Source: a virus (lineage: Duplodnaviria; Heunggongvirae; Uroviricota; Caudoviricetes). Taken from it: a DNA stretch of 11,442 nt. Location: the IMG/VR virus record IMGVR_UViG_3300042549_003167; one strand, 5' to 3'. The notes beneath the pieces are model-generated. The model was not told where the DNA came from. It searched no databases and saw nothing but the letters and a program-made list of their open reading frames with translations. Below are positions 7,358 to 11,442 of the stretch, piece after piece; within the stretch, counting starts at the first letter, position 1, and the number at the start of each line of letters is the position of its first letter. Position numbers and translations under genes: made by a program.

Positions 7358-7564
7358 TTATTTTGATAACCTCTTTTGTTTAAGAGGCCACATTTTACTT
7401 TTCAATCTAGCAGGTGTATCAGCTTCCTTCATATAATTACCATTGATTGGTTTAGGAGGAGCTACTTTAGGAGCTGGTCTTGGTGTACCAGAGCCTTTAG
7501 CTTTCCCAGCAGTCATTGGTTTTACTGATTTTGCTTGTTTGCTAGTTACTTTAGCTGATCTCAT
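7358..7564 (-). CDS. Small basic Lys/Pro-rich protein (68 aa)
   Basis: ATG 7564 in a TAATG overlap with the upstream stop is preferred to the track TTG at 7570. 18 K/R versus 2 D/E. Confidence 0.75.
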   Translation of the reverse strand: MRSAKVTSKQAKSVKPMTAGKAKGSGTPRPAPKVAPPKPINGNYMKEADTPARLKSKMWPLKQKRLSK

Positions 7565-8124
7565 TAGCAACCATATTTACATTTGCCACCTTTTTTCATC
7601 ATAGTTTTACCATACATAGCTTTAGTTAAACCTACAGCTTTTGTAGCTTTACCAGTGTAGTTTTTACCAATTTGTCTGTCATAACTACCAAGTTGCATAG
7701 ATACAGTGCCACCAGATTTATACTTCTTTTTCATACCACCTTTCTTCATAGTAGGTACCATAGAAGCAGCTTCACCACCATATTGCATCTTCTTCTTAGG
7801 TGTTTTACCAGCTTTCTTCATAGCAATTGCTATTGCAGCTTGCTTAGCAGCAGCACCACCTAACTTCATCATTTTTGTACCAGATGTAGCTTTTTTCTTA
7901 GCACCTGCAATCTTATCTGCAAATGTAGCTTTAGGATTACTATCCACACCAGCTTTCACTGATAACATACCAAAAGAAGAACCATTTTTAGCTTTCTTTT
8001 TCATCATCATTCCACCTTTTTTCATTGGTCGCATTGATTCAACATTAGCAATAGCTTTCTTTTGAAATCCTTTGTCTTCTAATTTAGTTTGAAGAGCACT
8101 ATGTTTTTTAATTTTTACGCCCAT
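7564..8124 (-). CDS. Highly basic Lys/Met/Gly-rich low-complexity protein with repeated MKKGG-type motifs
   Basis: 186 aa with 43 K, 2 R, 7 D/E and 18 M by hand count. Motifs MKKGG x3, MKLGG, MQYGG and YKSGG. Confidence 0.85.
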   Translation of the reverse strand: MGVKIKKHSALQTKLEDKGFQKKAIANVESMRPMKKGGMMMKKKAKNGSSFGMLSVKAGVDSNPKATFADKIAGAKKKATSGTKMMKLGGAAAKQAAIAIAMKKAGKTPKKKMQYGGEAASMVPTMKKGGMKKKYKSGGTVSMQLGSYDRQIGKNYTGKATKAVGLTKAMYGKTMMKKGGKCKYGC

Positions 8125-8129
8125 TTTAT

Positions 8130-8267
8130 TTAGTTTTTAATAGTTAATGTATCAATGTGAACAGAATCAGCTTTAACTGAATCAGCTTTAATCTCTTCTG
8201 GTTTAACACCAGATGTTCCACAAGCTGCTAATAATATTACAGCACTAATAAGAATTACTTTTTTCAT
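8130..8267 (-). CDS. Small lipoprotein (45 aa) not in the ORF track
   Basis: Hand translation gives MKKVILISAVILLAACGTSGVKPEEIKADSVKADSVHIDTLTIKN. It has a basic N-region, a hydrophobic core and lipobox LAAC (Cys16), and it fills the gap between neighbours (3 nt and 5 nt spacing). Confidence 0.8.
   Translation of the reverse strand: MKKVILISAVILLAACGTSGVKPEEIKADSVKADSVHIDTLTIKN
8160..8189 (-). repeat. 15-nt tandem duplication (KADSV x2) within the small lipoprotein
   Basis: AAAGCTGATTCAGTT and AAAGCTGATTCTGTT are 14/15 identical. Confidence 0.85.
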
Positions 8268-8270
8268 TTA

Positions 8271-8591
8271 TTATTTAGTTTTAGATTTGATTTTTCTTTC
8301 TTGTTTTAACATAGCAGCTGTAGGTTTCTTTCCAGATCCTTTAGCAGCTCTGATGTTATCCCATAATCCACGTTGTGAATATGAACCATCAGCACGCTTT
8401 AACATTTGCTTACCATTCTTAGCTTTAGGTTTAACTTTAGCTTTAGGCTTAGCACCTAACATCTTAGAATAGTTACCAGTTTCATAGTTAGACTTAGACT
8501 TTGGAATCATCTTTCCTGGGGACATTTCACTTTCAACCATTCCTTTAGGAACATTTTTACCTGTCTGAGCCCTTTTCATAATTTTTGCCAT
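8271..8591 (-). CDS. Basic hypothetical protein (106 aa)
   Basis: ATG 8591 (MAKIMKRAQTG) lies 1 nt after the upstream stop and matches the N-termini of its neighbours. The C-terminus has a GLWDNIRAAKGSGKKPT segment. Confidence 0.8.
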   Translation of the reverse strand: MAKIMKRAQTGKNVPKGMVESEMSPGKMIPKSKSNYETGNYSKMLGAKPKAKVKPKAKNGKQMLKRADGSYSQRGLWDNIRAAKGSGKKPTAAMLKQERKIKSKTK

Positions 8592-8592
8592 A

Positions 8593-9024
8593 TTAACATT
8601 TCCATTTACGAAGTGACTTATTAATTCTGCTATTAGGATCATTGGCAGTCTTAGAGCTTGTAAGCTTCTTCTTCATGCCAGACATCCTTGCACAGAATGA
8701 TCTTTTTCTAGGACCTCCTTGAGGTTGTGGAGCTTTAAGACCAGGCTTACCTGGGTTAGCTCTGTTGTAAGATGCTCTACCTTTTGCATTAAGACCACCT
8801 GAAGGATTCTTACCTGCTTTGCGTTGCCAAGCTGGAGAACTACCACCATTCTTAAGACTAGAACCTTTAAATGGACCCTTCTTTTTAATTAATGGACCAT
8901 TAGGAACAGGACTAAAGTGACCTTTGATTGCAGTAAGAGTATCTCCATTTCTAAGAACACCTCTACCTACATAGGCTTCAGCCTTCTGTGGGTTGTATAC
9001 TTTTGTCTTAGGTATCTTTGCCAT
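8593..9024 (-). CDS. Basic protein with a C-terminal DUF6321-like phage domain
   Basis: AWQRKAGKNPSGGLNAKGRASY..LKAP..RKRSFCARMSGMKKKLTS..DPNSRINKSLRKWKC, recognised from memory as the DUF6321 pattern. Confidence 0.75.
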   Translation of the reverse strand: MAKIPKTKVYNPQKAEAYVGRGVLRNGDTLTAIKGHFSPVPNGPLIKKKGPFKGSSLKNGGSSPAWQRKAGKNPSGGLNAKGRASYNRANPGKPGLKAPQPQGGPRKRSFCARMSGMKKKLTSSKTANDPNSRINKSLRKWKC

Positions 9025-9434
9025 TATTTGCCTTTTCTAGCTCTGCCCATTGCTTTGAATGTCTTTGCTAAAGCTTTACGCTTAGGAGTACATGTAGCTT
9101 TGGTCATTGGTGTACAATATCCTTTATGTTTAGGGTTGACAGCTTTTTGAATCCATTTACCATCTTTAGCTTTCACCTTAGATGTTTTTCCACCCTTCTT
9201 TTGATTAGCAAGGTTTTTTATATCAATAGGATTAATATCTTTAGCTCTTGTAGAATCAGCAGAGTTAGCTCTAGCACGTGCATTGTTTAACATTCTTGCT
9301 GTGTTCTCATTAGTATTAGTGGCTTGATAATATCTAGGACCTTCTTTAGTGTTAGCTTTAGTAACTACATTATACTTTCCTGATTTATCTTGCGATACAG
9401 ATGAGCCATATTGACTTTTCTTAACTTTTGCCAT
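9024..9434 (-). CDS. Basic hypothetical protein (136 aa)
   Basis: Starts MAKVKKSQYG, contains QKKGG and AKDG, and ends in KWIQKAVNPKHKGYCTPMTKATCTPKRKALAKTF. TAATG coupling to the next gene. Confidence 0.8.
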   Translation of the reverse strand: MAKVKKSQYGSSVSQDKSGKYNVVTKANTKEGPRYYQATNTNENTARMLNNARARANSADSTRAKDINPIDIKNLANQKKGGKTSKVKAKDGKWIQKAVNPKHKGYCTPMTKATCTPKRKALAKTFKAMGRARKGK

Positions 9435-9439
9435 GATGA

Positions 9440-9787
9440 TTACTTTTTAGATTTCATACGAGGAGCCATCTCACCACTACGCTTTTCTATAATTTCAGAT
9501 TCACGCTTTAAAGCAGCCTTTCTGAAACTTGCTGGATTAATCTCTTTTGAAGCTGCTTGCTTCTTATTAAGACCAAATTGCATTTCAGAACGTCCACCAT
9601 TTTTCATCTTGGTAGCACCTAGTTCTTTATCTCTTTTTAAAGTAGCCTTCATTCTAGCACCTGCTAAGGTAGCTTCTTGAACTTTAGTCCAAGCACCATT
9701 AGGATCAATAGGTCCTACACGTTTGTCAGAAGCATTTAAGCCTGACATGCTACCCATTCCATCCTTAGATTTTTTAATCTTTCCCAT
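9440..9787 (-). CDS. Basic hypothetical protein (115 aa)
   Basis: Starts MGKIKKSKDG with an internal MKNGG; tightly packed in the minus-strand run. Confidence 0.8.
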   Translation of the reverse strand: MGKIKKSKDGMGSMSGLNASDKRVGPIDPNGAWTKVQEATLAGARMKATLKRDKELGATKMKNGGRSEMQFGLNKKQAASKEINPASFRKAALKRESEIIEKRSGEMAPRMKSKK

Positions 9788-9797
9788 TATTTTTCTT

Positions 9798-10070
9798 TTA
9801 TTTTTGTTCTGGAATCTCTACAATTATACCTGATTCAACACCACTAGCTAATGTTTTTTCAAGAACATCACCAGCTTGTTGTGCTAGGATAACAGTCTGT
9901 GCTTCCTTTGTGCTTGTTATAGCACGTAATGTGTTTAATAACAATCCAAATTCACCACCACTGATTGTGAATACTGTGTCTTGTGCCCAAGTGTATTTCT
10001 TTGCTGGGTCAAATTTAGGACCTTGAGGAGCTGATTCTTGAGCTCCCTCTAAATTAATAATCTCTGCCAT
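9798..10070 (-). CDS. Hypothetical protein (90 aa)
   Basis: ATG 10070 (MAEIINLEG) follows the leader AAACCAAAATATAATTAT. The track GTG at 10094 coincides with the putative promoter. Confidence 0.75.
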   Translation of the reverse strand: MAEIINLEGAQESAPQGPKFDPAKKYTWAQDTVFTISGGEFGLLLNTLRAITSTKEAQTVILAQQAGDVLEKTLASGVESGIIVEIPEQK

Positions 10071-10093
10071 ATAATTATATTTTGGTTTAGTCA

Positions 10094-10125
10094 CAAAGAT
10101 ATGCAGTTATTGCGTATCTTCCAAA
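10094..10125 (-). promoter_or_regulatory. Bacteroidota-type promoter (TTTG-N20-TATCTTTG)
   Basis: Minus-strand TTTG at 10125-10122, a 20-nt spacer, then TATCTTTG at 10101-10094, 23 nt before ATG 10070. Confidence 0.65.
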
Positions 10126-10400
10126 TTTATTTCGAACGTTATAGTTGCAGAACTTTTAATACTTTTAGATAGATTTAATCTAATCTGAAACAGGTTGTGT
10201 AGCTTTAATATCTCCTGCAGCAACATATCATTGTACATAGGCAATGAGGGAGCTAATCTAAAGTGATACGATAGAGGATTCTTAGTAATTTCTAACGTAG
10301 AAAGTTCATCAACTGAGGAAATTACTCCCTCAAGGTGAGCAAAATAAGCTATTTCATTATCTTGCATGACTTGAGGGAAGAATTTTTTATTTACTTGCAT
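10107..10400 (-). CDS. Hypothetical protein (97 aa)
   Basis: TAATG coupling to the upstream Dps-like gene. No family recognised. Confidence 0.75.
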   Translation of the reverse strand: MQVNKKFFPQVMQDNEIAYFAHLEGVISSVDELSTLEITKNPLSYHFRLAPSLPMYNDMLLQEILKLHNLFQIRLNLSKSIKSSATITFEINLEDTQ

Positions 10401-10804
10401 TAAGACAAGGTTAATAAGTATTTAGTTTTAGCAGCTTCACCACTTAAGGCATCAGCTAAATTAGCTATATCATGAAATTTATTAGTCTCACCATATGCTT
10501 TTAAGTTGCTAGCAAAGTCCATTAGTGCTGTGACAACTGAATTAGCGTCTATTGTACTCAATGCTTCTATTTTATATACACCAGGACGTTTACCTGTATA
10601 CCCCATGATCTTCTCAATTACACCATCTTTGAAATCATGTACATAATCATACAATCCTCCTAGAGCTTGATGCTCAGCATAACTCTTTGTCTGCCAATGC
10701 AATAGATGTAGTTGCTCATGAAAATATGTAAGCTTTCCAGCTACTGTTTCCAAGTTTAATTCTCCTGATTTCATCATCTCCTCAGGGAATAATGATTTTG
10801 CCAT
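10400..10804 (-). CDS. Dps/ferritin-like protein (DUF5856-like)
   Basis: LHLLHWQTKSYAEHQALGGLYD..KDGVIEKIMG and terminal KTKYLLTL. H36, H45, D60 and E64 align with the Dps ferroxidase ligands. Confidence 0.82.
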   Translation of the reverse strand: MAKSLFPEEMMKSGELNLETVAGKLTYFHEQLHLLHWQTKSYAEHQALGGLYDYVHDFKDGVIEKIMGYTGKRPGVYKIEALSTIDANSVVTALMDFASNLKAYGETNKFHDIANLADALSGEAAKTKYLLTLS

Positions 10805-10816
10805 GTTGTTTGAGTT

Positions 10817-10969
10817 TTATCCAGGTGATGTAGTCGTAGTAGTAGTAGTTGGTGTAGCTGTAGTAGTTGTACTAGTAGTTGTACTAGTTGATGTACTTGT
10901 ACTTGTAGAAGTAGAAGTAGTAGTTGTAGTAACTGGAGCCTCTGTAGTAGTGGTTGTAGTGGTTGTAGG
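10817..10969 (-). repeat. Low-complexity ACN/TCN/AGT codon tract (poly-Thr/Ser)
   Basis: Mixed ACT/ACA/ACC/ACG codons with short hexamer duplications such as GTACTT x2 and GTAGAA x2 on the + strand. Confidence 0.85.
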
Positions 10970-11110
10970 ATTACAACACTCATTTGCATCTATCTCTTGC
11001 CAGTTACCAACCTTTGGTTTGAATCTTTGTAGTATTAAGCTACCTGCTATGACACGTCCTGTACCATCGTAACGTACATATGCTTTTAATTTATTATTGC
11101 TATTTGCCAT
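10817..11110 (-). CDS. Thr/Ser-rich tail protein, paralogue 2 (97 aa)
   Basis: A 47-aa N-domain ending in ECCN, followed by a 50-aa tail with 41 Thr/Ser. Confidence 0.85.
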   Translation of the reverse strand: MANSNNKLKAYVRYDGTGRVIAGSLILQRFKPKVGNWQEIDANECCNPTTTTTTTTEAPVTTTTTSTSTSTSTSTSTTTSTTTTATPTTTTTTTSPG

Positions 11111-11122
11111 GTTTATTTAATT

Positions 11123-11269
11123 TTAACGAGGTTCAGTGGTTGTTGTTGTAGTTGTTTCTGGAACAGCAGTCGTAGTAGTAGTCGTTGTACTTGTACTTGT
11201 GCTAGTAGATGTACTAGTAGTTGTGCTAGTGCTTGTACTACTGGTTGTAGTAGTTGTAGAAGGAACGTA
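11123..11269 (-). repeat. Low-complexity poly-Thr/Ser coding tract
   Basis: Mixed Thr/Ser codons of the same style as 10817-10969, but not an identical copy. Confidence 0.85.
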
Positions 11270-11413
11270 ATTGCAACATTCATAAGCTGGGATCTCTACC
11301 CACTTACCTACCTTGGGTTTCTTTCTTCTTAAGATTAGGCTACTTGGAACGATTCTTCCAGTACCATCAAAGCGTACATAAGCTTTGAGAGGGCGATTAG
11401 TATTCTGGGCCAT
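11123..11413 (-). CDS. Thr/Ser-rich tail protein, paralogue 1 (96 aa)
   Basis: A 48-aa N-domain ending in ECCN, followed by a 48-aa tail with 38 Thr/Ser. Confidence 0.85.
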   Translation of the reverse strand: MAQNTNRPLKAYVRFDGTGRIVPSSLILRRKKPKVGKWVEIPAYECCNYVPSTTTTTSSTSTSTTTSTSTSTSTSTTTTTTTAVPETTTTTTTEPR

Positions 11414-11442
11414 AATTAATAATTTATATTATATTTGTTTTT

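Noticed and set aside
7672-8472. Hydrophobic Phe-rich + strand ORFs (7672-7863, 7706-8065, 8287-8472)
   Set aside because: They are antisense to Lys-rich genes (AAA gives TTT), so the apparent membrane character is an artefact.
8917-9680. + strand ORFs 8917-9150 and 9411-9680
   Set aside because: They are fully antisense to tightly coupled minus-strand genes and have no motifs.
10774-11072. Poly-Val ORF 10803-11072 (+) and Leu/Gln-rich ORF 10774-10989 (-)
   Set aside because: These are antisense and alternate-frame shadows of the poly-Thr tract; ACN codons read as GTN-rich on the other strand.
10817-11269. Possible CRISPR array or VNTR in the GTA/GTT-rich region
   Set aside because: There are no fixed-length repeats with unique spacers; it is low-complexity coding sequence.
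1-11442. Stop-codon reassignment as seen in some Bacteroidota phages
   Set aside because: Genes tile densely under the standard code, and TAA, TAG and TGA all end full-length genes.
1-11442. tRNA, rRNA, intron, intein, integrase or transposase
   Set aside because: No cloverleaf, splice-junction motif, reading-frame interruption or recombinase signature was seen, and intergenic gaps are too short apart from 934-1096.

Overview
This 11.4 kb AT-rich window is best read as part of a large lytic tailed-phage genome, probably infecting Bacteroidota. The host call rests on A-rich leaders without Shine-Dalgarno sequences and on TAnnTTTG promoter-like motifs. The + strand arm (1-5197) encodes the 3' end of a class II ribonucleotide reductase, a DUF5522-like Cys-rich protein, RecA, dUTPase, a degenerate HNH protein, a lipoprotein HExxH metallopeptidase, a hypothetical protein, a GroES-like co-chaperonin, a GT2 glycosyltransferase and a SAM methyltransferase. 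The - strand arm (5148-11413), in transcription order, encodes two tandem paralogues with Thr/Ser-rich mucin-like tails, a Dps/ferritin-like protein, two hypothetical proteins, six very basic small proteins (five carry xKxG(G)-type motifs), a 45-aa lipoprotein missing from the ORF track, two more GT2 enzymes and a beta-propeller. The strongest leads are a possible virion glycosylation system (mucin-like paralogues plus three GT2s and a methyltransferase) and a possible set of GG-motif DNA-condensing core proteins. All family assignments come from motif recognition by eye; no database searches were run.
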